A stretch of 64,000 nucleotides of DNA from Octopus bimaculoides (GCF_001194135.2 NC_069001.1:9906442-9970441), one strand, 5' to 3'. Counted from the first letter of the stretch, positions 36,030 to 50,214 are shown. Numbers and translations are program-made. The notes: generated by a model not told the origin, from the sequence alone.

Positions 36030-36510
36030 TATATATATATATATAATATATCTCAATCAACACTGAAATAAAATGTTGTTACTGAAAGAAAATGTCTTTG
36101 GAATTATTATTTATTTTAAAATTGCTATTTATTTTTTACATCAAAAGATAGAGATACGATTGAATTATTTCGCCGTATTGTAGCACCGCCACTATACACA
36201 CACACACACACACACACACATACAAAAGTATATACATAACATATGCAAATAAACATAAATATCCACGTCTATCTGATATAGATACAATTATGAATATAAA
36301 TGTAACTCGCAATACACAAGCACCCAACGACACATTTTCAATGCCATACAAACGAAAACGTGTAGAAGCACAACCATTTTAAGTGTGTGTTCGTGTAAGC
36401 GAAATCAGGGGGGTGGGTGATATCCTTTGTTTACATATTTTTTATTTTTATAACTGTGTATTACTGAGAAAACTGATATGAAATACGTTAGCTCTGTACT
36501 CACACACACA

Positions 36511-36542
<32 letters not shown>

Positions 36543-36810
36543 AACATATATAGATATATGGATATTCATATGTATGTATATATATATATATATATATATA
36601 TAAACATATATNNNNNNNNNNNNNNNNNNNNNNNNNNNNNNNNNNNNNNNNNNNNNNNNNNNNNNNNNNNNNNNNNNNNNNNNNNNNNNNNNNNNNNNNN
36701 NNNNNNNNNNNNNNNNNNNNNNNNNNNNNNNNNNNNNNNNNNNNNNNNNNNNNNNNNNNNNNNNNNNNNNNNNNNNNNNNNNNNNNNNNNNNNNNNNNNN
36801 NNNNNNNNNN

Positions 36811-36842
<32 letters not shown>

Positions 36843-37195
36843 TGTGTGTGTGCGTGTTTGCGCGCTAACGCCCACCTACACACAGGCATGTTCATCTAAC
36901 TGACAATCCTATTCGAAGACATTTATAGTTTTATTGCTATTATCGCTTTACTCCTACTGATAATAATGGTGGTGGTCGCGGTTGGGTAGGGGGTTCTATT
37001 GGAGGTTTGTTAAATATTTATGGACGGTTTTGCATTTTGAAATGTCACTATTTTCTTAACTTAAAAAAATAAATTCTAACTATCAGTTTTTCAACGTTTG
37101 CATAAGTTGTTCTTCCCCCATTTCTCTCCTTTTCTCGTCTTATTATTTTATATATACATATCTACTTAAACAAGCTAGTTATACATCTTGTTGTT

Positions 37196-37465
37196 TTGTT
37201 GTTGTTGTTCTTCACCTCCTCCACCACTCTCCTTCGCTTCTTATTTTTCTTCTTCTTCTTTACCTCCTCCTCCACTGCTCTCCTTCGCTTTCTTCTTGTT
37301 CTTCTTATTATTATTCACCTCCTCCTCCGCCACTCTCCTTCGCTTTCTTCTTCTTTTTCTTCTTCCTCTTCTCCTTCTCCTCCTTCTTTTACTTCTACTC
37401 CACCACTGTCCTTCGCTTTCTTGTTCTTGTTCTTGCTCTTGTTCTTGTTCTTGTTCTCCTTCTTT
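37196..37465. repeat. CT-rich low-complexity tract with four ~55-bp degenerate units
   Basis: (c/t)acctcctcc..cact(c/g)tccttcgctt recurs near 37214, 37261, 37317 and 37390. Confidence 0.8.
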
Positions 37466-37995
37466 CTACCTTAATGCAGTTAGTGTTCTTGTTGTTCAAA
37501 TTCTTTTTTATTTGTGTTCTTTGTACTTGTAGAATATATTGTGAGAGAAAGTTCAAAAAATATTACAGAATGAAGTTGTCGTTCTTTACGTTTCTCCTTA
37601 TTTTGAAGCTTAAAAAATTTTTTTTATTAGACATGTTATTGAAGTTGTTGTTAGTAATGTAGCTATGGAAGTGATCGCTGAATTAAAAATATTTTTTCTC
37701 CATCTTCAAGACAATAAATACAGCGAATTGTTCCCATGGAATTTATAACTGTCCACTGATACACAAACACACGCGTATACACCCTTCTTGCACACACACA
37801 CGCACATACACACATATGCNNNNNNNNNNNNNNNNNNNNNNNNNNNNNNNNNNNNNNNNNNNNNNNNNNNNNNNNNNNNNNNNNNNNNNNNNNNNNNNNN
37901 NNNNNNNNNNNNNNNNNNNTATATATATATATATATATATATACATATATATATAAACATAGGATATACTTACATATACGAACGTATACACATAT

Positions 37996-38190
37996 AATTC
38001 TTTATTGTCCACAAGGGGATAAACACAGAGTGGACAATCAAGGACAGACAGAGGGATTAAGTCCATTACATCGACCCCAGTGCGCAAATAAGTACCAGTT
38101 ACGCACTGGGGTCGATGTAATCGACTTAATCCCGCTGTCTGTCTTTGTTTGTCCCCGCTATGTTTAGCCGCTTGTGGGCAATAAAGAATT
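37996..38190. repeat. Hairpin of two head-to-head SINE A tail-i fragments
   Basis: 89-bp arms 37996-38084 and 38102-38190 (about 10 mismatches by manual alignment) with a 17-nt spacer. Confidence 0.92.
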
Positions 38191-39239
38191 TTATATATAT
38201 ATATATATAGGTAACATTGTTGAACGACCTTTCGTAAATTGGCGAATTAGATGTTTAGATCATTTACTAATTGAAGATTTATAATCTTGACGAAATTGTC
38301 TTCAAGACGTTATCGAGGAAATGTGTTTGGATATTGGATATTGAAAAAGAAATATACGTACGACATTAGACAAGTAATGTAGTGAGGACATTGAGTAAAG
38401 AAAATTTTAAGAGATTGACCAAAGAATATTTTAAGACATTGACCCAGGAATGCTTTTAGTCAACAGAACATTGCCAAAGAAATACTTTCGATACTAACCT
38501 AGTAATGTAGGAAAATGTTTAGGGAATATATTGGAAGATATTGACAAAGTGACGTTGGCGGGAATAAAATGCAGTTTTTCTTTATTTCCAGGTCAAAATC
38601 ATTTACACGGCGGCGAAAGAGAAATTTTAGATACAGTGAAAATAGCAAATCTTTAATATTCTTTAGACGTGGTTTTATTGTTGAAATGCGTTTTAGCTTG
38701 ACTCCAATATGTCAACATTTGCATAAAGTGGAACAATATTTGCAATTGAATTTGAAGACACATAAGAAAAGATGGAATCCTTTTCAGAAGAGCTAGCCAA
38801 GCCTTATAAAAGCTATTAAATGAATTTTACACAGCCAGACGTCGAAATAGACGTACTTTACTGCAATACAAGTTTTCAATATGATGAAAATAGTAAGAAG
38901 CTGATGTGACTGTGACTTCTAAACACATTTAGGATATTTCCGAAATAGCCAAACTTAAGCAGTGACAAGTGAAGATGTTTGAGATTTAATCTAGAAATAG
39001 AAAAAAATGAAGACATTTTATTGAGGAAAGAATTATTAAAGTTATGAAGATTAGTAAATATTTGATTCTAAATTAAAACCAAAGTACAGAAAAGTTTATT
39101 TTTCCTTCTCATCTCTGGCAGTTATTTGCTCCATCTGTCTCGCCTCCCGATCGCGTCTCTCTCTTAGTCACATGATGATACGTTTTTCTTTATAGCAAAT
39201 TTCATTTGCATTCTCTCAAGCTACTCGCCATCTCTCTTA

Positions 39240-39482
39240 CTCACTCATTTTCTTTCTCTCCCTATCTCTCTCTCCCTCATTTTCTTTCTCTCCCTCTCTC
39301 TCTCTCTCATTTTCCTTCTCTCCCTATCTCTCTCTCTCTCATTTTCTTTCTCTCCCTCTCTCTCTCTCATTTTCTTTCTCTCCCTCTCTCTCTCTCTCAT
39401 TTTCTTTCTCTCCCTCTCCCTCTCTCTCTCATTTTCTTTCTCTCCCTCTCCCTCTCTCTCTCATTTTCTTTCTCTCCCTCTC
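39240..39482. repeat. CT-rich ~28-bp minisatellite (TCATTTTCTTTCTCTCCC(TC)n), truncated by a gap
   Basis: cattttc(t/c)ttctctccc recurs at least 8 times. Confidence 0.9.
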
Positions 39483-39900
39483 NNNNNNNNNNNNNNNNNN
39501 NNNNNNNNNNNNNNNNNNNNNNNNNNNNNNNNNNNNNNNNNNNNNNNNNNNNNNNNNNNNNNNNNNNNNNNNNNNNNNNNNNNNNNNNNNNNNNNNNNNN
39601 NNNNNNNNNNNNNNNNNNNNNNNNNNNNNNNNNNNNNNNNNNNNNNNNNNNNNNNNNNNNNNNNNNNNNNNNNNNNNNNNNNNNNNNNNNNNNNNNNNNN
39701 NNNNNNNNNNNNNNNNNNNNNNNNNNNNNNNNNNNNNNNNNNNNNNNNNNNNNNNNNNNNNNNNNNNNNNNNNNNNNNNNNNNNNNNNNNNNNNNNNNNN
39801 NNNNNNNNNNNNNNNNNNNNNNNNNNNNNNNNNNNNNNNNNNNNNNNNNNNNNNNNNNNNNNNNNNNNNNNNNNNNNNNNNNNNNNNNNNNNNNNNNNNN

Positions 39901-39924
<24 letters not shown>

Positions 39925-39938
<14 letters not shown>

Positions 39939-40150
39939 TGTGTGTATGCATGTGTGTGTATATGTTTGTCCCCCTACCATCGCTTGACAACCGATGCTGG
40001 TGTGTTTACGTCTCCGTAAGCTAGCGGTTCGACAAATAAGACCCATAGAATAACTACTAGGCTTACAAACAATAAATCTTAGGGTCGATTTGCTCGACCA
40101 AAGGCGGTGCTCCAGCACGGCCGCAGTCAAATGACTGAAACAAGTAAAAG
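39925..40150 (+). mobile_element. SINE family C, 3' half, emerging from a gap at its internal microsatellite
   Basis: tgtttgtccccctaccatcgcttgacaaccgatgctggtgtgtttacgtc...ggcggtgctccagcacggccgcagtcaaatgactgaaacaagtaaaaga. Confidence 0.92.
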
Positions 40151-40918
40151 AGTATATATATATCCAAAGCTTTCCAGTTTCATTCATATTTGTAACTTAC
40201 TTCTTTTCCTTAGATGCTCATTCTTTGTCGATCCTTGTCTCTTGTCTGTCGTTCAATCTATTTCACTATCCTTCTATCTTTCTCTCGAGATTTTAATTCT
40301 CATAGCAAAATTCAAATCAGCTCCCGTTTTCTTTTCAAAACATCTTTTAAAATACGGTCTGTGTTTCTCGCTGTCTCTTTCTTTTTTTATCTTTCTCTTT
40401 TTGTGCGTCTCCCTCTCTTTCCTTTAACCTTACATCCTCTTTCTCATTCTGCATTATCTTCTCTCGTTTCAGTGACGTAGCTTTATTATACATCTAACAC
40501 TCAAACTTCGACATCTTCCACAGACGCACACAAACGTACATACATACATACACAGAAACAGACATATATGCAAACACAATCATACACGCAAACATTTATG
40601 TATATATATATATATATATNNNNNNNNNNNNNNNNNNNNNNNNNNNNNNNNNNNNNNNNNNNNNNNNNNNNNNNNNNNNNNNNNNNNNNNNNNNNNNNNN
40701 NNNNNNNNNNNNNNNNNNNNNNNNNNNNNNNNNNNNNNNNNNNNNNNNNNNNNNNNNNNNNNNNNNNNNNNNNNNNNNNNNNNNNNNNNNNNNNNNNNNN
40801 NNNNNNNNNNNNNNNNNNNNNNNNNNNNNNNNNNNNNNNNNNNNNNNNNNNNNNNNNNNNNNNNNNNNNNNNNNNNNNNNNNNNNNNNNNNNNNNNNNNN
40901 NNNNNNNATATATACATA

Positions 40919-40951
<33 letters not shown>

Positions 40952-41384
40952 GTACGTATGTTTTATTTTTGTCATTTGCAAAATTTATACCTCTCTCTCT
41001 TACCTATTTCATCCACGCATTTATTTCGACGTTTTCCTGGCCATTTCTTCACTATCACACTTAGACTTCCATATAATTCATCTAACATCTCTCTATAATT
41101 CCATCTTCCTATCTCCATTTCTTTCTTTCTCTCACTCTCTCTCTCTCTTCTTCAGCTTCTTCCTCCGTATTTCCTTTCACTCTTCTGAATTTCTATACTT
41201 TCCATCTTATCACAAATTCTTATTTACTTTTTCCTTTAAAATATTTTCTTTTCTGTGATAAACCATTTGACACCAAATTATGTTTAATTTTTGCAAATAA
41301 CGTCTAATTTCCATTCTCTTAAGAATCTCTCGTATGCCAAATTTAACTCATTTTTTTCTCCCTTTCTTTCATTTCCTTTCCTAG

Positions 41385-41655
41385 TTGCTGTTGTTGTTGT
41401 TATTATTATTATTATCATTTCACCAGCACTACCACCACTACTACCACCATCACCACAACTATCAAACATCACCACCTCTGCCGCTACCGCTACCGCTGCC
41501 ACCACCACCACCACCACCACCAGTACTGTCGTCGTCGTCGTCATCATCATCGTCACCATCACCATTATCGTCACCATCATCATCATCATCGTTATCATCA
41601 TCATCCCAACCACCTTTATTCATACTTTTGTTGATGTCGGTTGTAATAATTATAA
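41385..41655. repeat. Compound trinucleotide tract (GTT/ATT/CAC/GTC/CAT)
   Basis: Consecutive short runs; the poly-T/V/I/P/S/D ORFs in several frames are artefacts. Confidence 0.9.
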
Positions 41656-43330
41656 TTAGTCTTGTGGTTGTTGTGTTTCTGTTTATGATGTTGTTCCGCT
41701 TCTTGTTGATCTTGTTAAAAGACATTTTTAGTTTGTTTTGGGTTTTTTTTTTGTTTTTTTTTCTCCTGCTTTGCATTTCTCGGTAGAGGGGCCGGAGGAA
41801 ATTTATCGACTTCAATTTAATTAGAATAGAAATCACCTTTCTTACGTTTTATTCCATATTAGATTACAAAAATGTCTAATTTATGCAATATCTTATAAAG
41901 AATGGATACCGAAACGAAAGTATAAAAAGAAACCAAAAAAAAAAAAACACGTAACGACAAAACAATAAAATAATATATATTTTTTAAAATACATACAAAC
42001 TAAACCACCACCAGGAAAGAGAAAAACAAGGAAAGTAAAAGAAAGAGATGGAGAAAAGAAAATTGAAGAAGAGGAAACATCACATGAAGAAATTGAGAGA
42101 AGGAAAGAAAATGGAAACGAAGTGGAGAGACATTTTTGAGAAAGGAATCTATGGATAGAATAGAGTGTTAGTAAAGAGAATGGATGGGGCGGAAAATGGG
42201 GAGAAAATTTATTAATGATAAAAATGTTCGGAGTAATAAGATATATTGAGTTTCAACGAGGCAGTTTTCTCAAAATCAAATTTACTGTTATTTACAATGT
42301 TCAATTTTGCCAAGAATACTTGGAGTAAAGTATGAATTCAATGTTGATTTTATTGAGGTATGCGCTGATGGTGGTGGTGGTTCNNNNNNNNNNNNNNNNN
42401 NNNNNNNNNNNNNNNNNNNNNNNNNNNNNNNNNNNNNNNNNNNNNNNNNNNNNNNNNNNNNNNNNNNNNNNNNNNNNNNNNNNNNNNNNNNNNNNNNNNN
42501 NNNNNNNNNNNNNNNNNNNNNNNNNNNNNNNNNNNNNNNNNNNNNNNNNNNNNNNNNNNNNNNNNNNNNNNNNNNNNNNNNNNNNNNNNNNNNNNNNNNN
42601 NNNNNNNNNNNNNNNNNNNNNNNNNNNNNNNNNNNNNNNNNNNNNNNNNNNNNNNNNNNNNNNNNNNNNNNNNNNNNNNNNNNNNNNNNNNNNNNNNNNN
42701 NNNNNNNNNNNNNNNNNNNNNNNNNNNNNNNNNNNNNNNNNNNNNNNNNNNNNNNNNNNNNNNNNNNNNNNNNNNNNNNNNNNNNNNNNNNNNNNNNNNN
42801 NNNNNNNNNNNNNNNNNNNNNNNNNNNNNNNNNNNNNNNNNNNNNNNNNNNNNNNNNNNNNNNNNNNNNNNNNNNNNNNNNNNNNNNNNNNNNNNNNNNN
42901 NNNNNNNNNNNNNNNNNNNNNNNNNNNNNNNNNNNNNNNNNNNNNNNNNNNNNNNNNNNNNNNNNNNNNNNNNNNNNNNNNNNNNNNNNNNNNNNNNNNN
43001 NNNNNNNNNNNNNNNNNNNNNNNNNNNNNNNNNNNNNNNNNNNNNNNNNNNNNNNNNNNNNNNNNNNNNNNNNNNNNNNNNNNNNNNNNNNNNNNNNNNN
43101 NNNNNNNNNNNNNNNNNNNNNNNNNNNNNNNNNNNNNNNNNNNNNNNNNNNNNNNNNNNNNNNNNNNNNNNNNNNNNNNNNNNNNNNNNNNNNNNNNNNN
43201 NNNNNNNNNNNNNNNNNNNNNNNNNNNNNNNNNNNNNNNNNNNNNNNNNNNNNNNNNNNNNNNNNNNNNNNNNNNNNNNNNNNNNNNNNNNNNNNNNNNN
43301 NNNNNNNNNNNNNNNNNNNNNNNNNNNNNN

Positions 43331-43374
<44 letters not shown>

Positions 43375-43715
43375 TTGGTATTATATTAGACATGTAGGCA
43401 GTAATACTTATTTACCTAGGTAGCAATCAGTCTTTTTTTATCGGTATTTATCTGCACATATATAATAATATAAACAATAATGTGTACTAGTTCCGGCGGT
43501 ATCCTGTATGTTTGTTAGTAAGAGTATACATGTGTTAGAAGAAGTGGGTGCATGTGAGTTCACATAAATGTCGAGGAAATGTTATGAATGTATTCACTTT
43601 GTCTATAGATGTTTTCTGAACGTATATAAGTGAATATGTATATTACTAGAATTCATGTATAAACACATATTCATTGACTTGATATTAATATGTTCCATTG
43701 TGGTTTAAAAACAAA

Positions 43716-43753
<38 letters not shown>

Positions 43754-43845
43754 GATACACACACACAGACACGCACACATACGCATGCACACTCACACAC
43801 TTCGTATATATTGTATATAAAATGAAAATACACATATGCGGCATA

Positions 43846-43887
<42 letters not shown>

Positions 43888-44009
43888 CATATTTATGTAT
43901 ATATATATATACAGTAAATATATATATACATATATATATATATATAATATGTAAGTACAATCACACACATGCACATGCATACACACATGCACACACACCT
44001 ACACACAGT

Positions 44010-44061
<52 letters not shown>

Positions 44062-44197
44062 TATAGATGTTAATCTGTGTGAGAACATAATCTATCAACA
44101 TTTATCTATCATTTTGCATAAATTATGACACATATATACATTATATTTATGCATACATATATATATATATACACATACATGTGTGTGTATTTATACT

Positions 44198-44249
<52 letters not shown>

Positions 44250-44887
44250 TTTTGAATTACACTCACATACATAGCGAATGAGTGTACGCTATATCATCAA
44301 CATTTGGGGGTGTGTATATGTGAGTTTAAATGCGCTCTACTAGCTCTTGACAGAATATTTATTGGAGTTATTTACATCCATTACGATGGAAAGAGACGAA
44401 GTAGGAAACATAACGAAAAGAAGCACCTGACACGTTAAAGCAAAGTGGCTCAATATAAGGCCTATATTTTAGATTATTACATCGATATTAGTAATAACTC
44501 AGAGCAAAGCCGCCTACAGATTTGATTGCCTGATAAGAAGTGAGCAATAAATAAATTCAATAATCTGTAAGGCCCGATGAAGAAAATTGCTTGATAATTG
44601 TAAAGTTATGAGCATAAATATCTCAAATGTCTCATCGAACTTTAGCTGAAGCTGAAGAATTTCTTTCCCCGAAAAAAAAAAAAAAGAAAATCAAATAAAC
44701 AAACCGAAGTTTATAGTTTATATTATTAACAAATTCCGGAATTTTTCAATAGCATGAAAAATAGGACGGTTACAGATTATTGTAAAGGGAGAAATTGATG
44801 CCAAAATTCATCATTGTATATAACCGATATTACACAGACACACATATATGTACTTTTATATACATAAGTTCATAAATACATACATGC

Positions 44888-44920
<33 letters not shown>

Positions 44921-45234
44921 NNNNNNNNNNNNNNNNNNNNNNNNNNNNNNNNNNNNNNNNNNNNNNNNNNNNNNNNNNNNNNNNNNNNNNNNNNNNNNNN
45001 NNNNNNNNNNNNNNNNNNNNNNNNNNNNNNNNNNNNNNNNNNNNNNNNNNNNNNNNNNNNNNNNNNNNNNNNNNNNNACACACACACACACACATATATA
45101 TATATATTATGTAAGCCCCTAAGCAGGAATCGCCAAGGTTTTGGCCAAAATTTCAAAATTTCATACTGAATCTCTGCTCAACATTCTCTATCATGGTCAA
45201 TGCGGTGATCACACGCTACACACCTTCCTTCCAA

Positions 45235-45568
45235 GCACTGTTGTAAACAGTGTCTTTGAACTAGTTGATACCCCCCACATTCTTCTGATTTACACCCCAT
45301 CTGACTATCATTTGTTTCCCAACATGAAAAAAAAAACAAAACATTTGGCTTGGAACGACTATCGCTGTGACAGTAACGTTATATCTATTGTTGATAACAT
45401 TTTTGAGCAACAGGTTCACAGCTTTTTCTCCAGTGGGATTCAAGCACTGCAAACCGATGGAAGAAGTGTGTGAGCTGCATGGAAGTATATGATGAAAAAT
45501 AAACCCCCATTTGATTACATTCAATAAGAATATCTTGTTCAACCTATGAACATTTCAAACGACCATTC
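45235..45568 (+). mobile_element. Mariner transposase 3' fragment and right end (second mariner family)
   Basis: Frameshifted FELVDTP-HSSDLHP-SDYHLFPNMKK..HLA...FFSSGIQALQ-RWKKCV; end caacctatgaacatttcaaacgacc resembles a mariner right TIR. Confidence 0.8.
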
Positions 45569-45924
45569 TAGACTACATTTGTCCTAATAACCACAAACAT
45601 GTATACATGATTATGTTTGAAATTAACTCAGATGGTTTTCGTAATCGTTTCCAGATTATCTTCAATCCTGGCGCATTGGCACTTCACTGTCAACATAGTC
45701 CAACCATTTGCAAATACCCAGGTCGGGTCACCCACTAAGTACTACTGGATTCTTTTCTCTTCGCATAGGACCCGTAGACGCTGGAAACTATTATGAACTT
45801 CTACATCCGTCTTCTAATAACCTTTAAAAACTGATTAATTCTGTAATAACCCTTAACATCTGTGTCATAGCAATGTAATTCCACTTTAACACGCCGAGCT
45901 TAATTCTATTCTTTTTATTTTTCG

Positions 45925-46322
45925 TTGCTTGTTTCATTCCTTTGACTGTGGTCATGCTGGAGCACCACCATGAAGGGATTTCTAGTCGAATAAGTCGACC
46001 CCAGGATTTATTCTTTGTAAGCCTAGTACTTATTCATTCGATCGCTTTTGCCGAACCGCTAAGTTACGGGTACGTAAACAATCCAACATCGTTTGTAAAA
46101 TGATGAAGGAACAAACGTAGACACAAAGATAACCGCACATAAATACACACACACACATAGATATTCGACGGGACTCTTTCGGTTTCTGTCTACCACATCC
46201 ACTCACTAGTCTTTGCTTGGCCAAACGCTTTAGTAGAAGACGCTTGCCCAAGGTGCAACGCAGTAGAACTGAACCCGGAACAAAATAGTTGGGAAGCAAG
46301 CGTCTAACCATACAGCCACACC
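45925..46322 (-). mobile_element. SINE family C, full length
   Basis: tgactgtggtcatgctggagcaccacc (tail) through ttgcccaaggtgcaacgcagtagaactgaacccgg...catacagccacacctg (head). Confidence 0.9.
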
Positions 46323-46743
46323 TGTCAAAAAGACGCTAATATATCCTACATTCACTCAATAAACATTTATCATCACATCTCTGTCGATGACACGTTTTGC
46401 TGATGATTGCTTCCATAGTTTACAGTCAGCAGTGATCAATGTTATCACAGGGCATGACATAACACATGTTCATATTACGCCTCCCGTTACAAGATATTAA
46501 TTACTTTCCTACGGATTGCGCTCATATTGCGATCAGCCCTTCGAAGTCTGACTTAAGTTTTACAAACAAACTATAACGGATCCCCAAAGTTTGCCATTTC
46601 GGTTAGGTCTTGTGTGATCTCAGTAATCGAAACAATATTTATGCAGTTTGAAAATATTAATAAAACCGTTATCATTTGTCATTTACACAACTGGTTTTCT
46701 GGTATTGAGCAATCTTTTTCGTATCATTGTTATGAATAATAGC

Positions 46744-46897
46744 AAGGCGCTCTATTGGCAGAAACGGTTGCATGCCATAATATTAATACTAAGCAGTTGG
46801 GGACGATAAAATAAGTACCAGCTGAGCACTTGGGACAATGCACTGGACTTAACTCTTCCCCAAAATTCATGGCCTTGTGACAAATTTGAAACCAATA
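46744..46897 (+). mobile_element. Diverged, internally deleted SINE A with tail iii
   Basis: aaggcgctctattggcagaaacgg head; gataaaataagtaccagctg core; ggccttgtgacaaatttgaaaccaat end. Confidence 0.7.
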
Positions 46898-46959
46898 TCA
46901 TGAGCAATATTCTTCAGGTGGCTATCATCATAGAAGAAATGCGTTCCAAAAAATAATTA

Positions 46960-47200
46960 GGATCATCATCATCATCTTCTTCTTCCTTCTTCTTCATCGT
47001 CTTCTTCTTCTTCTTCCTTCTTCTTCATCGTCTTCTTCTTCTTCCTTCTTCTTCATCGTCTTCTTCCTTCTTCATCGTCTTCTTCTTCTTCGTCTTCGTC
47101 TTCTTCTTCTTCTTCATCGTCTTCTTTCTCATCGTCATCTTCTTTCTCATCGTCATCTTCTTTTTTCCTTTCTTTTTCTCTTCTTCGCCCTTTCTTTTTT
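46960..47200. repeat. (CTT)n/(CATCGTCTT)n tract
   Basis: Direct inspection. Confidence 0.92.
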
Positions 47201-48269
47201 TCTTTTCTATGCGAATGTGTGCGTATTTAAAAGAGACATATATATAAGAATGTGTGAAAAAAAAAAGAGAAGAGACAAAGATAATATATGCAAGTGAAAG
47301 ACAGAGGGAAGATTAGATAGGTAGATAGAGAGAGAGAGGAGGGAGAGAGACGGAGAGAGAGAGGAGGGAGAGAGACGGAGAGAGATAAAGAGAGAGAGAG
47401 TGAAGACAGAGTGAGAGACCGAAGAGGGAATGCAGAGTTGAGATGAAAAGATATCACACTGATATCTAAATAATATTCAGACAACGTCGTCAAAATCATT
47501 GCGTTAACTGATTGCGTGTAAATCAAATTTTATATATATTTCTCTGTTCCGTTTTCCAATTTTGATAGTGTTCAACGCTCCAAAATATCAGCACTAAAAT
47601 ATAGATGATATCACACCAGCTGATATGATCATCACTTCAAAATATCATGTTATAAAACTGAAATTATGAAGTTGTCCGAGTCAATTCATATCTGATGTAA
47701 TTTATAACTGTTTGAGCAAACGTTATCTCTTGAATCATACGTCTATGCTACTGCTATGGTTATGTTTAGGATCAAGTTGACGTTATAGAAATATGGCCAC
47801 TTCGGTGTTACTTTGTTATTTCATCAAATATGATTCGTAAAAAAAGACCTCAGTAGAACTTTAAAAATATGCTAAAGTTATTAATGCCTACGCACAGGTC
47901 AGTCCTTGCGGGGGAAGAATTGGGATATTAATCGTTCCAGCCATGTAAATTCCGACTCCATAACACAATGTGATATAATCTAATTAAACCTTTACTCATT
48001 CAACGATGCCAAATTCAGTGAGACCGAAGTGGGTGTTCTCCTCCAGCTATTTAATAGAAACCTCTCCATGTGTTTTGAAAATGATGGGAGTAATATAACT
48101 GGGATAATATAACAGCAGTTGTTGTTCTACTACCAGATGCATCCGAATATAAACTTATTGTTGCAGAGCTTTGTTTTTAGCAATACATTAGGATAAAAGA
48201 ATAAATTTTTAGTGAAAATAGGTAAAAAACAACAGAGAATTCCACCCTATATGAATACCTATATTTCTG

Positions 48270-48311
<42 letters not shown>

Positions 48312-49047
48312 CACAACAAAGTAAGCATATGTAATGTGAAACAATGTGGAATAAAATAGTACTCGAATACCGGAGGTGGAGTAAAATGCTTTAATATTAT
48401 TAATGCTGCAAAAACATAGCTTTAATAATAATAACGTATATATATGTACCCACACACACACTTTTATGTATCGATTTATTACACAATTACAAAAGAACTA
48501 CTGACAGTTTCATGCTTTCAAGATACTTTAAATTAGGCGAATTATGAAACATGCTGTGTTTCACAAAGCAATCGTTCGATTTCTGGTCATGCTTTACATG
48601 TATTTTCAAAAACCATACACACATATAAGCAAAATAATTATAAAGATAGACAATTTAGAGACTCAAACTTTATTTCTTTCTATTTCACAATGTAATAAAG
48701 CATATTTTTATGATTACGCCGACCTACACGTGTTTCTACGGAGCAGAGTACTACCAGTTCCATATGCAACGGGGAATATGTTTCTGAACAGCTCCGTTCA
48801 ACCAGGTTGTCTCGAAGCTGGTTGAAATGGTAGATCATATATCCACATACATATATACACATACATATGTACAAATCTATGTAGGGAATATATAGTGGAC
48901 GTACATAAAAATATATCATGCATATTTACATACTTATATGCAGTTATATATGCGTGTGTGTGAGTGTATGTATGTGTGTGCGTACATGAGCACATTTATT
49001 TATGAACATGTTGTCGTGTTCTCAACGACACAGTACTTAATAAATTT

Positions 49048-49130
49048 ATGTACTTACGTACACATCTGTGTATGAATATGTGTATACACACACACACACG
49101 TACATATACCACTCTATTTACTATGTCTCC

Positions 49131-49168
<38 letters not shown>

Positions 49169-49906
49169 GTGTGTGTATGTGTGTGTTTAATAAATTTAAA
49201 TTTCATGAAATTCACAGAGACATAAGAGAGAGAGAGCGAGAGAAAGTGCACCAACACCTAATGAGGATTGGTGACGTGATACTTCAATGAAGCCACAATA
49301 CTGTCAGTATGTTCTATGATATTTACATATGTTCATATATACATATATACACATATACATACACACACACACACACAAAAATACATGCATATATATATAT
49401 ATATATATGCATGTATGTATGCATGTGTGTGCTTTTGTGACGCTTGTAGAGCTGAAGATTGTGAAGAGACAGTATGAAAGTATTTAAAGAGAACAATAGA
49501 ATTTAATTAACTGAAACATATGAACGACTAATATTGCAAAGACAATAGGGAATGGATGGTATCGCGAGGTGGTAATTTCGCAATATATCAATGGAGTTGT
49601 TATGAGTTCAAATAAAACCATTGTCGGCTGCAATTGTAAATTCAATAAGAAGGAATGAACAGGAATAACATATGTAATATTCCTGAGGAGAAAACTACGT
49701 GTAAAATAGTGCAAAGTTCTATTAAGTGTGTGTGTGTGTGTATGCGCGCGCGTGTGCGTGTGTGTATGTGTGTGTGTGTGTTTCCATGTATATGTGTATA
49801 TACACACACACATATGTATATAGATATATATATGTATATATATATATAAATATGTATATAATTAAATATATATATATATTTGTATATATATACACACACA
49901 CATATT

Positions 49907-49957
<51 letters not shown>

Positions 49958-50088
49958 ATACATACATACATATGCATGTGTATACACACACACACATATA
50001 TATATATATAGTAGGGGACATAGTAAATAGAGTGGTATATGTATGTGTGTATACATATATTCATATAGAGATATGTACGTACGTACAT
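49048..50088. repeat. Inverted repeat pair (49048-49135 and 50009-50088) around a ~870-bp spacer
   Basis: Non-microsatellite core tataccactctatttactatgtc(t/c)cctacta: 31 bp with 1 mismatch in opposite orientations. Confidence 0.85.
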
Positions 50089-50136
50089 ACATACATATAT
50101 ACGTAATGTATACGTATATATATATATATATATATA

Positions 50137-50214
<78 letters not shown>

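Noticed and set aside
41284-41836. Poly-Pro/Ser/Thr/Asp/Gly ORFs
   Set aside because: Compound trinucleotide microsatellite open in several frames.
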